From a virus: 64,000 nucleotides of DNA. Positions 32,427 to 42,020 of the stretch are shown here, piece by piece. The translations under genes were made by a program, and so were the position numbers. The stretch lies in IMG/VR virus record IMGVR_UViG_3300044946_000048, positions 24,620-88,619 of that record, one strand, 5' to 3'. Under the pieces are notes generated by a model that did no database searches, had not been told where the DNA came from, and saw only the letters and a program-made list of their open reading frames with translations. Each line of letters begins with the position of its first letter. Positions within the stretch are counted from its first letter, which is position 1.

Positions 32427-33593
32427 ATGAGTAAAAAGTTTGTTCCGATGTACGACCTTTCGTCTTTGACGGAAGAACAGAAGCAAAACTATGTGTTAGC
32501 ACTGAATGAGCACCTGGGCTTACCGCCGGAATTAAGGCTCGTGCGACTAATCTGGGACGACGATGGAAGTACGTCCCGTAAGCAAGTTGCATATGTGTTG
32601 AAAGGGGGTACCGATATCATTCGAGACAATCGGAATATTAATACTGTGAGCCTGACAAACGTAGTAGTTAACGGCGCAATCGTTTTCACTGCCGCTGGTA
32701 AAGACGGCAATGGGCGGCATGAATATGCGGTAGGTGCAAAATCAATTGATGGGCTCGTAGGCAAGGCACTCGATGATAGTATTATGACGGCGCAGACCAG
32801 AGCGACACGTAGAATGACGTTGCAGTTCGTCGGCGGAGGCGTGTTGGATGAGAGCGAAGTCAACCAGGCTACCACGAATCTGAATAGCCAGTCTACGCCG
32901 TTAGCAGAACTAGCCTTGGCCGCACCGCAACCAGTGGTAAAGGTGAACGATGCGCCAGGCGAAGATGTTACAGCCGCAGTCGAAATCGACAAGGCTGCTG
33001 TAGCGGCGAAAGAACAGATTGAATTCGAAGCGCAGCAAAAGAAGCGCCGTGACGAAGCCATCGCGTCCCTGAACGCAAAACCAGCGGTAGAGCCGACAAC
33101 GGAACCAAAGAAGCGTAGAACACGTGGCCCGAACAAACCGAAGCCAGCACTTACACCGAGCGATTTAGCAAATCAATTAGTGCTGACGATTCCACCTGCT
33201 GAACCCGTCGTAATGAGTCCCTCAGCAGCCGTGGCTCTAGGAACTGCACTACTGGAAAATGCCAAGCCCGATCCAACACAAGCAAATCCTGCTGTGCTAG
33301 CGCAAGTCATTCCTGCTAAAGGATTGACAACAGAGCAAGTTAAGCCTTACAGACAGCGTCTCTTCCGCTTGAACAATGACCACTTCGAACAGAACGGTTT
33401 GATCCAGAAGGAAGGGCTCGGACGTTCTGAGCAGTTGAGGATGCTCGCAAGCATGATGTTCCCGGGCGTGGCCAATTTTAATGAAATGACGGTCGAGCAG
33501 TGGGAGAAGTACCTCGGCAACCTTGAAGACCGCGTCAAGAAAGACGGCGCAGCCGAAACCGTGAAGTACATCCAAGAGTCTATAGGAATATGA
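32427..33593 (+). CDS. putative RecT/Bet-like single-strand annealing protein
   Basis: L.EEQK..Y......GL.P and M.AQTRA.RR.TL pattern; lies next to a helicase and a nuclease. Confidence 0.55.
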   Translation: MSKKFVPMYDLSSLTEEQKQNYVLALNEHLGLPPELRLVRLIWDDDGSTSRKQVAYVLKGGTDIIRDNRNINTVSLTNVVVNGAIVFTAAGKDGNGRHEYAVGAKSIDGLVGKALDDSIMTAQTRATRRMTLQFVGGGVLDESEVNQATTNLNSQSTPLAELALAAPQPVVKVNDAPGEDVTAAVEIDKAAVAAKEQIEFEAQQKKRRDEAIASLNAKPAVEPTTEPKKRRTRGPNKPKPALTPSDLANQLVLTIPPAEPVVMSPSAAVALGTALLENAKPDPTQANPAVLAQVIPAKGLTTEQVKPYRQRLFRLNNDHFEQNGLIQKEGLGRSEQLRMLASMMFPGVANFNEMTVEQWEKYLGNLEDRVKKDGAAETVKYIQESIGI

Positions 33594-33811
33594 AACACTA
33601 TTCCTGGGACGAGGGTTTGGGGAAGACAGAAGTCTTCCCTGAACAAATGCGATATAACGCGGAGCACCAGATTCTGACCGTTATCTACACGGATGGTAGC
33701 TGCGTTCAGTATTCCGGTGTTCCGTCTACCGCGTCGTTTCTGGTTCCGAACAACCCTAGGCGCAATCGGGATTTCCTGCAACTTCGAAGTCAATACACTG
33801 TGGTGGGATGA
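33590..33811 (+). CDS. KTSC-like domain protein
   Basis: Y....IL.V.Y..G...QY.GVP pattern. Confidence 0.6.
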   Translation: MKHYSWDEGLGKTEVFPEQMRYNAEHQILTVIYTDGSCVQYSGVPSTASFLVPNNPRRNRDFLQLRSQYTVVG

Positions 33812-35415
33812 TGGACTTAGACGTAAAACTGAACGAACAGCAGAAGGCTATCACAGAAGCGGTCGAGGGTGTCTACGTCGTAATCGCAGGTCCCGGTTCA
33901 GGGAAGACGAAGACACTGCTAGAACGTCATATCAGAATGCTAATGGCTGGCATCCAGCAGAAGGATATTCTAAACTTGACGTTTACGAGCGCAGCGGCGG
34001 CTGAGATGGTCAAGCGCGTGGGACTGATTCGGGCAGAGTCAGTCTTTAGAACCTTCCATAGCTTTGCATTGGAATTAATCAAGCGAGAGCGGGAATTTCT
34101 TCCGTTCAAGCTTAATGACCTTGTGATCCCCGTGAAAGGAGAAGACTATCAGTTGTTGTTCGACCTTACGAGGGAGTATGAATTCGAAGATTTCAGATTG
34201 CTGAAAGAAAAGCTGTCTGAATGGAAGCGTAGTAATATAGAGCCTGAGCAGGCTATCAAGCGATTCGAATCCGTAGAAGGGGAATCACTTAGGCTGGCAC
34301 AGGCATATCAAGAATACGAACAGCGGAGTCGCGAGCAGGGATGGTTAGACTTTGATTCCTTGATGCGAGAAGCTGTGAAACTGATGGAGACAAACGACGA
34401 TGTTAGAAAACGAAACCAAAAGAAATACATCGCAGTTGACGAATGCCAGGATACAGACATTACTCAATTCAGATTCTTGCAAGCCTTGTTTGCCGGAAAC
34501 ATCCTGGCTGTCGGAGACGAGAACCAGCTTATCTACGAGTGGCGGTCTGCCCAACCTGGAAATCTCTCGAACTTTAGCCGATCATTTCTGGGTGCGAAGA
34601 CCCTCTACCTGGGAAAGAATTACCGCAGCACGGGTGCACTTGTACGCTTTCTTAAAGAAATTCTACCAGTGGATAACGGGATCGCATCGTATATGGTCAC
34701 AGACAACCCCGAAGGCACCTCTCCTACCATTACCCGTTATACCGATCCGGACACCGAAGCCAGGAGGGTTCTCACCAAGGCAATCGTTGACGCGGATAAC
34801 TCCGTTATCATTGCCAGAACCAACAGACAACTCTTCAACGTTCAACGAATCGCAGCGAGCCGAGGAATAAAATACAAAAACCTAGGCAAGAAAGATTTCT
34901 GGGATCAGAACGAAGTGAAGTCTTTGATAGCGCACGCAAAAGAACATATTCATGAGCCAAACGCGGCTACGACATTAACTGGCCTAGCTACATCCTTGCA
35001 TTACCGTTATCGTAACTCTGGAGACTTTGATTCTGACCCTATCGAGAATTTGAATCGTGTGGTTCAGTTGGCGCAGACGAAGGGCGGCTCGGTTGCGGAA
35101 TTCTTAACGTATTTGAACAAGCTCACGCTCGCCAGGAAATCTCGCAAGGAAAAAGACCTCACGCTCGCCACGGTGCATCAGGCGAAGGGACAGGAGTGGA
35201 AGAACGTATTTGTTATCGGCGCAAAGGAAGGCATGATGCCGCATGCGGAAGGCGACGTAGCAGAAGAGAAGCGTATATTCTATGTTGCATGCAGCCGGGC
35301 AGCAGAGAAGCTAGAAATAAGCTGGAGTGGACCGAGAAGCAGGTTCATCCCAGAAAAGTATGAAGCCGTATTGGAGAGAGGGGATGCCACACCTTTATGT
35401 CAACAGCAAGGGTAA
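33808..35415 (+). CDS. UvrD/PcrA-like SF1 helicase
   Basis: AGPGSGKT, VDECQD, VGDENQ.IY.WR, NYRS, TVHQAKG.E, YVACSRA. Confidence 0.95.
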   Translation: MMDLDVKLNEQQKAITEAVEGVYVVIAGPGSGKTKTLLERHIRMLMAGIQQKDILNLTFTSAAAAEMVKRVGLIRAESVFRTFHSFALELIKREREFLPFKLNDLVIPVKGEDYQLLFDLTREYEFEDFRLLKEKLSEWKRSNIEPEQAIKRFESVEGESLRLAQAYQEYEQRSREQGWLDFDSLMREAVKLMETNDDVRKRNQKKYIAVDECQDTDITQFRFLQALFAGNILAVGDENQLIYEWRSAQPGNLSNFSRSFLGAKTLYLGKNYRSTGALVRFLKEILPVDNGIASYMVTDNPEGTSPTITRYTDPDTEARRVLTKAIVDADNSVIIARTNRQLFNVQRIAASRGIKYKNLGKKDFWDQNEVKSLIAHAKEHIHEPNAATTLTGLATSLHYRYRNSGDFDSDPIENLNRVVQLAQTKGGSVAEFLTYLNKLTLARKSRKEKDLTLATVHQAKGQEWKNVFVIGAKEGMMPHAEGDVAEEKRIFYVACSRAAEKLEISWSGPRSRFIPEKYEAVLERGDATPLCQQQG

Positions 35416-36577
35416 ACCGTGGGTCAAGCACAGCTACTCAGCAGGAAATGATTTCGATCAGAGTCCGTATAAATACTATCTCCGTCGAATACTCGGATGG
35501 CGTGAGGCAGACAATAAGGCTCGATTTGCATTCGGCAAAGCACTTGAGGAGTCTGTTCAGTTTCATCATGAGCACAACGGACAGGGAGCAGTGCAAGATT
35601 TCGTGTCTAGGTGGGAGCCGTGGAAAACTGCGTCTCTTAGCTACACGGCTGTAGAAAAGGATTGGGCTACCTGTTTACAAATGGGTAAGGATATGATAAG
35701 GTTGTATCAAGCCATACAGCCGACGCTTCCAATACCTTTGGGCGGGAGCGCGATATTTCAAAGAGAGTACATGAAAGAGGTATTTCCAAATGACCCGAGC
35801 TATGGCGGAATTAAAGATGCAGGCAAACTCGATATTGTTTGCTTTGTTGATCCTGCTCATCCTAGTCTTCCGAAGGTTGAGTGGAAGCCTGAATACGGCC
35901 TGGTGCGTCCTCTTATCGTGGATATCAAAACTTCGGCAATCGAATTTCCCGAGCAGCCCGGGATGGCAGCTTATGATGCGCAACTACGAAGATACTCATG
36001 GGTTTCGGGAATTCGAGATGTCTCCCTTTTATGGTTTAAAAAATCAGGATTGGGTTTCAAAAGAGGCTACGACGTTACCTTTATCGAACCCGCAGGCAGT
36101 TATGCTAGCGGTGAGCAAGCCGTCGTCGCTCAAGTCGATGGAGAGAATATCTGGGTATTCAAGTCCGAATTTATGCTATCCGAAATGGACAGGGCGCATG
36201 GCAAAAATGACAGCGGCGGAGTGGATCAGACAAAGGCAGGAAAAGAACGAGGGCAAGCCTTTCTTCATCAGCACGGGACAGCCGTGGCGATGGCGTCAGT
36301 AACAAGACAGAAGATACAGTTCAATGCAGGGCTCGTGACAAAGGCGTCCGCAGACGATGCGGGGCGACAAGCAGCCCGGCAGATTGTGGGGATTGTAAAT
36401 GCCTGGAAGACAGGTGAGTGGCCGAACACTTTCGGCATTCGTTATCCCAAAGATGATCGTAATGATGCTTATTTCAGGGCGTTCGTTCAGGGCGATGAGG
36501 ATTACCGTAAGCAAAACTTCACAAAAGCGGACGAGGAGTCATTTGACGACTTGTTCAGAGACGAGACAGAGCAATGA
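35384..36577 (+). CDS. PD-(D/E)XK nuclease, RecB/AddB-like
   Basis: HSYS...PYKYY, GKLD...IVDIKTS...QL.RY. Confidence 0.8.
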   Translation: MPHLYVNSKGKPWVKHSYSAGNDFDQSPYKYYLRRILGWREADNKARFAFGKALEESVQFHHEHNGQGAVQDFVSRWEPWKTASLSYTAVEKDWATCLQMGKDMIRLYQAIQPTLPIPLGGSAIFQREYMKEVFPNDPSYGGIKDAGKLDIVCFVDPAHPSLPKVEWKPEYGLVRPLIVDIKTSAIEFPEQPGMAAYDAQLRRYSWVSGIRDVSLLWFKKSGLGFKRGYDVTFIEPAGSYASGEQAVVAQVDGENIWVFKSEFMLSEMDRAHGKNDSGGVDQTKAGKERGQAFLHQHGTAVAMASVTRQKIQFNAGLVTKASADDAGRQAARQIVGIVNAWKTGEWPNTFGIRYPKDDRNDAYFRAFVQGDEDYRKQNFTKADEESFDDLFRDETEQ

Positions 36578-36846
36578 AAATGAATGTATTTGTACCCACC
36601 TCAAGAGGCGGGAAATTCGGAACAGATCAACTCTATAGTTCCGTCACGGGGCAACAGATCAGCGGTCCTGAGAGTCCTGAGGATGAAATTATAACTGCGG
36701 TAGACGAGAGTAAGATGTCTCCGCAGAAGGTTCTGGCGCAACGGTTTCTCACATTCTTAGGAAACCATCGATTGAATATGAGGACGTTGAAAGAACTTCC
36801 GCCAGGAGAACAAGCAAGGCTTAAAAAAGAATTCTTAGGAGCGTAG

Positions 36847-37248
36847 TTGAGCACACGGGATACACTTTCCAGGTTGCGAGGCTCACTCGACGGCAGTGAC
36901 AATTTTGTAAGTGGCGGACACGGCGTCATAAAGACTGCCGGAGCTACACGTCATGCTGAGAGAATGAGAAAGGTCCCCGTGTGGGCGTTGAGCGATGAGG
37001 AGATTAAGAAACTGGTCAAGCGATGCTATCCAGGACCGGGGCAGAGAGCGCAGGCTGCTCGGATGGTTGTCATTGTTTGCAGGTACTACAGGCTCGGGGA
37101 TACCGCAGGAAAGATCGCCGGGGACTTGCAGATGACGCTAAAGGCCGTCGAGATGGTGCTGAGGAGAATCAATCGAACTGCTAGTCGCCCAGAGAAGCCA
37201 AGGGGCAGGCCGGAGAAAAATAGCGAGGGTATACAGGCATCTATGTAA
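36847..37248 (+). CDS. protein with sigma70 region 4-like helix-turn-helix
   Basis: YY.LG.TA..IA.DL.MT.KAV...L.RI pattern. Confidence 0.5.
   Translation: MSTRDTLSRLRGSLDGSDNFVSGGHGVIKTAGATRHAERMRKVPVWALSDEEIKKLVKRCYPGPGQRAQAARMVVIVCRYYRLGDTAGKIAGDLQMTLKAVEMVLRRINRTASRPEKPRGRPEKNSEGIQASM
37217..37243 (+). promoter_or_regulatory. phage-specific regulatory motif
   Basis: AAAATAGCGAGGGTATACAGGCATCTA. Confidence 0.7.
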
Positions 37249-37295
37249 GCAGATACATATCGGGTTTCAGGCACAGCCATCAATCCCATTAAGCT

Positions 37296-37862
37296 ATGTT
37301 GTTGATTTCAGAGGGGATGATGGCTACAGTTAAAGTTTTGGTACACAAGTGCCTCCAGAAGATCGAAGGTTATATCCCGCCGGGCACTAGATGCGGATGC
37401 CGAAAGTGGATATCAGTTCCGAAGGCAGCGGTAATGGTCGAAGAGGGCGACGCGGCTTATGTCATTACAGAAATGCGAATCAGTGAGGTAGACGAGCCTT
37501 GTCATTTGTGTGGCAATATAGACGGGTTCAAGAAGTATTGCGGCGCGTGCCTCTCCATGGGGACCATTAAGGTCAGAAAGCTGTTCACAGTGCAAGGCGA
37601 AAACATTTATCTCACGTCAGCTAAGAAGACTCCTAGGACACCGACAATCGAACGAACGCATATCGAGCGTGCTTTCGGAAAGCAAGCAGACGTAGATCGA
37701 ATCGAATACTACGGGAGTTTAGGAATCTTGCTGTTAGGCGAATTCGGCGCAGAAATAAGGGACGGTAAGACAGGAGAGATTGTCAAACCTGGCAAACCAG
37801 AGCCCGAGAACGACGCCAGTACTGGCACGGGCAGAGATTACGACTACGGGAGAAGCGTGTAA
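37296..37862 (+). CDS. hypothetical zinc-binding protein
   Basis: Several Cys pairs; follows the regulatory motif. Confidence 0.65.
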   Translation: MLLISEGMMATVKVLVHKCLQKIEGYIPPGTRCGCRKWISVPKAAVMVEEGDAAYVITEMRISEVDEPCHLCGNIDGFKKYCGACLSMGTIKVRKLFTVQGENIYLTSAKKTPRTPTIERTHIERAFGKQADVDRIEYYGSLGILLLGEFGAEIRDGKTGEIVKPGKPEPENDASTGTGRDYDYGRSV

Positions 37863-38176
37863 TGGATAAAGCACAGTATCTACTAATGAAACTCGCTGAG
37901 GAGTGTGCGGAAGTCGCACAGCGGGCCATCAAGCAGATGCAATTCGGCAAGCTGGAAGTTCAGCCGGGCCAGCCGCTAACAAATGGTGAGCGTTTGATGC
38001 AGGAAGTTAACGATCTAGGCGTCATACTCGAACTTCTAATCGAAGCAAAAGAAATGCCGGACTACAACGAAAGGGAACTGGAATGGGACAAGCTAAGAGA
38101 AACAAAGATCGCAAAAATGCAGAAATACTTGCAGCTATCAGCGGACTTGGGACGAATCAGGGGATTTCAGATTTAA
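37862..38176 (+). CDS. MazG-like protein
   Basis: KLAEECAEV.Q...K..FG...EVNDL. Confidence 0.7.
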   Translation: MDKAQYLLMKLAEECAEVAQRAIKQMQFGKLEVQPGQPLTNGERLMQEVNDLGVILELLIEAKEMPDYNERELEWDKLRETKIAKMQKYLQLSADLGRIRGFQI

Positions 38177-38474
38177 CTCCAGTCCAACAAGCTGTGGTTC
38201 GTGCGCTAACTCAGGTTGCGAAGCGCACTGTTTCCGGACGAATTGGCTTGAAGATGATTAAGTGCCCAGCTTGTAATACTCGGCACCGAGAGCCTCGTTG
38301 TGAACAGAGAGTTGTAGTACCAGCATTTCCGTCCAGGCATCCTAAGAAGGTTCGATTCAATCCGCACCTGAAGCACGGGAAGGTCGGACGGGCTCAAGCA
38401 ATAATCGAACGAAACCGAATCGCGAATCGAGTGGCACGTCTTGCTAAGAAAGCGGCGGCGAAAGAAGTGGCACA

Positions 38475-39032
38475 ATGAGTGGATTTTACTTTTGGTTGTA
38501 CAGTTTAATCGAGCCTCTTTACTTGTGGCTTGAGAGTCAGACAGAAGCAGCACAACGTGCAGCACAACGTGCAGCCGAGCGCAAGGCAGTACTCCTAGAT
38601 GCAGAACAGCGACTGACCGCAGTTCGTATGCGCCGCCTGATGGGAACGCAGCCTTTAGGATCATGGCCGAACATATTTGAGAAACCCTGCAAACACTTAA
38701 AGGGTGGACGATACAGACTGCCGGGGCACAAAGATTATGCTACGTGGTGTTTTACTTTTGTTGATGGTTCGACGATAATTAAGTGTGCGATTTGTGGAGA
38801 GAAATGGACACCACAGAGTCCGGATTGGGCCGACGCAATAAAAATGATGGAGCAATCAACGAACACACGCTGTTCTTCAGAAGTGATTTACAGCAAACTA
38901 TTATATTCGGATGGGAAGACTAGAACACCCGAAGAGGCAAAGGCCGAAGGACTCGCTACCTCCTATTCGGAGCAAGAAGAAAAGAACGCAAAAATAGTTG
39001 TTGACAAAGAAGCCGAGAAAGCGGTAGAATGA
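38475..39032 (+). CDS. hypothetical protein
   Basis: 185-aa ORF coupled to the upstream gene. Confidence 0.65.
   Translation: MSGFYFWLYSLIEPLYLWLESQTEAAQRAAQRAAERKAVLLDAEQRLTAVRMRRLMGTQPLGSWPNIFEKPCKHLKGGRYRLPGHKDYATWCFTFVDGSTIIKCAICGEKWTPQSPDWADAIKMMEQSTNTRCSSEVIYSKLLYSDGKTRTPEEAKAEGLATSYSEQEEKNAKIVVDKEAEKAVE
39001..39030 (+). promoter_or_regulatory. sigma70-type promoter of the Y RNA-Ro60 unit
   Basis: TTGACA-18 bp-TAGAAT, 7 nt before the first RNA stem. Confidence 0.8.
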
Positions 39033-39037
39033 TTTTA

Positions 39038-39108
39038 GTGCGGATGCCGTAGGCCAAGGTTACTTCTACGATAAAGGAAAAACACCTTGTCCGTTTGTTG
39101 CCCCGCAC
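39038..39108 (+). ncRNA. Y RNA, minimal form
   Basis: Terminal stem GUGCGG/CCGCAC; UGCCGUAG...GGUUACUUC...UUUGUUGCC; inner CAAGGU/ACCUUG; upstream of Ro60. Confidence 0.75.
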
Positions 39109-39128
39109 ACAAGTTTAGATGTAAAAGT

Positions 39129-39266
39129 TTGACGAGTACCGTAGATTGGGGTTACTTCTGACTACGAATCAGATAGTGTAGGTTCGAATCCTGCGGCTCA
39201 TCCTCATGATGAGTCTAGTGTAATGGTAGCACATCCCGTTACTTCAATCGCTTGTCGTCTCGTCAA
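39129..39266 (+). ncRNA. YrlA-like Y RNA with circularly permuted tRNA domain
   Basis: Terminal stem UUGACGAG/CUCGUCAA; anticodon arm, T arm GUAGG-UUCGAAU-CCUGC, loop-closed acceptor stem and D arm in that order; abuts the Ro60 gene. Confidence 0.85.
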
Positions 39267-39273
39267 TTAGCTC

Positions 39274-40614
39274 ATGAGGATGAACATGAAGTTAAACAAA
39301 GCCACGCAGTTTGCACTAACGAAGTTTACTCACGAAGGCGCACCAGCCTATCGACACACGAATGCAGCCCAGGACCTGAGCCGTTCCGTAATGGCCTGCA
39401 TGTTATGGGAAAATACGTTCTACGAGTCCGGAGAGGAAATTGCTACACGCATCCAGAATCTCGTAAAAGCGGTCGATCCGGAAGTCGTTTCTGCCATCGC
39501 CATCGAAGCGCGTGAAAAGATGAACCTGCGTCATGTTCCTTTGCTATTGGTAACTGCGATGGCGAAGCTGCCGACACACCGTCACGCCGTGGCCGAAACG
39601 GCTGCACGTGTTATTCAGCGTGCGGACGAACTGGCAGAAGTGCTTGCCATTTACACGAAGGGCCGCACGGGAACCAAGAAGTTGAACAAGCTTTCAAACC
39701 AGCTTAAGAAGGGCGTGGCTACCGCGTTCACAAAGTTCAACGAGTACAGCCTGGCGAAGTATAACCAGGACAACGAAATCAAGCTGCGTGACGTTTTGTT
39801 CGCAGTGCACCCTCGTCCGTTGAACGACGAACAGGGCGCAGTGTGGAAGCGCCTGGCTCAGAATGAACTTGCTACGCCAGACACTTGGGAAGTTGCGCTG
39901 TCAGCAACCAAGGACAAGAGAGCGGAGTGGACTCGTCTGTTGACCGAAGAGAAACTCGGCGCACTTGCTTTGCTTCGTAACTTGCGTAATATGCAACAGG
40001 CAGGAGTGGACGAGAAATTGGTTCGCTCTGCATTGGCGGCGATGAAGACAGAACGTGTCCTACCGTTTCGCTTCGTCGGCGCAGCCAACCATGCTCCGCA
40101 GTGGGAGCCAGAGTTGGAAGCTGCAATGTTGAAGAACCTTGCAGAAATGCCGAAGTTGCCGGGCAAGACGGCTATCGTTGTGGATAATTCCGGGTCGATG
40201 TCGGACAGAATTTCTGGAAAGTCAGAACTGTCTCGCATCGATGCAGCTTGCGCACTTGCAATTTTGGTGCGTGAAGTCTGCGAACGAGCCGTCGTGATTG
40301 GTTTCGGTTCAACCGCAGCCGTGATTCCGGCCCGCAAGGGATTCGCTTTGCGTGATGCTATCAAGCGAGGCCCGGGCGGTGGTACGAACACAGACACAGC
40401 GTTGGCGCTCGCAAGGCAGCAAGGCTATGATCGTATCATTGTAATCACGGACGAACAGTCTCACCAGCGTATCTCTGGCCCGTTGTCCAGAGCAAAGGGC
40501 TACTTCATCAACGTTGCGTCAAACAAGAACGGCATCGGTTACGGTGCGTGGACTCACTTGGACGGATGGTCAGAAGCTATTCTCCAGTACATTCAAGCAA
40601 TCGAACAGGTATAA
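39274..40614 (+). CDS. Ro60/TROVE-domain RNA-binding protein (Rsr-like)
   Basis: THEG, E.TFYE, R..MNLR, IQRADE, TWE..LS, ALLRNLRNM, VLPFRF and vWA MIDAS motifs VDNSGSM, GGT, ITDEQ; start may be 39286. Confidence 0.95.
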   Translation: MRMNMKLNKATQFALTKFTHEGAPAYRHTNAAQDLSRSVMACMLWENTFYESGEEIATRIQNLVKAVDPEVVSAIAIEAREKMNLRHVPLLLVTAMAKLPTHRHAVAETAARVIQRADELAEVLAIYTKGRTGTKKLNKLSNQLKKGVATAFTKFNEYSLAKYNQDNEIKLRDVLFAVHPRPLNDEQGAVWKRLAQNELATPDTWEVALSATKDKRAEWTRLLTEEKLGALALLRNLRNMQQAGVDEKLVRSALAAMKTERVLPFRFVGAANHAPQWEPELEAAMLKNLAEMPKLPGKTAIVVDNSGSMSDRISGKSELSRIDAACALAILVREVCERAVVIGFGSTAAVIPARKGFALRDAIKRGPGGGTNTDTALALARQQGYDRIIVITDEQSHQRISGPLSRAKGYFINVASNKNGIGYGAWTHLDGWSEAILQYIQAIEQV

Positions 40615-40615
40615 C

Positions 40616-41395
40616 GTGTTTGAAAAAATTGCCGTCGGCATAAAAACATTTCTGCGAGACGCCAAGCTGTTTAAGGCGGTCGAGGGAATTCGTACCAATA
40701 TGCCGGGGGCTCAGATCATCATCGCAGACGATGGTGATATGGCACATGAGAAATATAACCTATACTCCGATCTTGTCCTTTGCGGGCACAAGGTCGGAGT
40801 ATATTCTTTTGATTCCGGTTTCGGATTCAAGAGTAACATGATCGTCAATATGCTCGATAGGCCGTATCTTTTAATCGGCTCAGATGATTTCGACTTTACG
40901 CCCAAGGCAGCCGAGGGAGTGAAGACGATGATCGATATTATGGAAGAGAATCCGTGGGACCTGGATATTCTAAGCGGACGGCTGAATGGACGAACCTACG
41001 AATTCTTTCTAGAAGACCTAGGGGATACTATCATCGAGCACAAGGCAGACACAAATTTTAAAATGAACGGAACCCGGCCTCTTGTATACCGGGTTGATCT
41101 GACTGTGAATTATAGCTTGATTCGCCGAGACGTGTTCAAGCAAGTTAAGTTTGATAATGAAGAGATTATCGGAGAAGGCGGGCATGGAGCATTCTTTGTG
41201 GACTGCAAGCGTGCAGGACTCAAGGTAGGATTCACACCGCTGGCAGAAATTAATGAGCAGGATCAGCCGGAAGACAGTGCTCGGTACAAACAATTCAGAG
41301 CGCGAGCACACAGCCCATCCCGGAAGACATTCGATAGGCGGGGAATTAAACGATACGTTTTGGGATCAGGAAAGGTTGATTATGATTGTCGTTAA
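40616..41395 (+). CDS. GT-A (GT2-like) glycosyltransferase
   Basis: IKTFLR, IIIADDG, DSG, SDDF motifs; GTG start 1 nt after the Ro60 stop. Confidence 0.85.
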   Translation: MFEKIAVGIKTFLRDAKLFKAVEGIRTNMPGAQIIIADDGDMAHEKYNLYSDLVLCGHKVGVYSFDSGFGFKSNMIVNMLDRPYLLIGSDDFDFTPKAAEGVKTMIDIMEENPWDLDILSGRLNGRTYEFFLEDLGDTIIEHKADTNFKMNGTRPLVYRVDLTVNYSLIRRDVFKQVKFDNEEIIGEGGHGAFFVDCKRAGLKVGFTPLAEINEQDQPEDSARYKQFRARAHSPSRKTFDRRGIKRYVLGSGKVDYDCR

Positions 41396-42020
41396 ATCCT
41401 GTCATCGTGATCGTCTGCGAGGCTGCCATCAAATCATACGCGAAACCTGGGGTAAGGATGCAGAGGTTCGTTTCTTCATGGGTGGTGAAACCACAGATGC
41501 TCTCATGGTGGACGAAACTACTTTAGATTGTCCAGATGACCACGAAGGCTTGCCATTTAAAACAAAAGCAATGTGTCAATGGTTGAAAGATAAAACAGAT
41601 TATGCATTTTTCTGCGACAATGACACGTTTCTCATTCCTCGTCGCTTACTAGCATGCGGCTATGAGAAGTATGATTACGCGGGTAAGATTGATGTTCTCG
41701 GTAAACCCGGCCAGCCTAGAAGCTATAAAGATTGTAGAGGAATTCTTATACCGCAGTGCTATCCGTTTGCAAGCGGAGGATTTGGATATTGGTTGAGTAA
41801 AAGAGCAATGGAATTAGTGGCGTCCCAAGTGCCAACAACTTGGGCTGAAGACATCTTTGTCGCCCAAGTCACAGGTCCTGAGATTCAGGCGGGCAGAATG
41901 ACAGGCTATAACATTCCAAACTTTCCTAATAAAATATCCTGGCATTTTATCAAGAGGCCAGGAGCAGGCTACGAGCCGTTCAACGGCTGGCAGAAAAAGC
42001 TGTACGAGGAAAACAAGTGA
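41382..42020 (+). CDS. GT31/Fringe-like glycosyltransferase
   Basis: IRETW, RFF.G, LP.KT, CDNDT, FASGG.GY.LS, AED motifs. Confidence 0.85.
   Translation: MIVVKSCHRDRLRGCHQIIRETWGKDAEVRFFMGGETTDALMVDETTLDCPDDHEGLPFKTKAMCQWLKDKTDYAFFCDNDTFLIPRRLLACGYEKYDYAGKIDVLGKPGQPRSYKDCRGILIPQCYPFASGGFGYWLSKRAMELVASQVPTTWAEDIFVAQVTGPEIQAGRMTGYNIPNFPNKISWHFIKRPGAGYEPFNGWQKKLYEENK

Noticed and set aside
38547-38575. Short in-frame tandem duplications here and near 11295, 57404 and 60798
   Set aside because: Two or three copies of 9-12 bp units are consistent with slippage; no sign of a diversification system and no reverse transcriptase in the window.
21454-40397. Long antisense ORFs such as 21454-22098, 32489-33136 and 39858-40397
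   Set aside because: They shadow well-supported plus-strand genes and show no motifs of their own.
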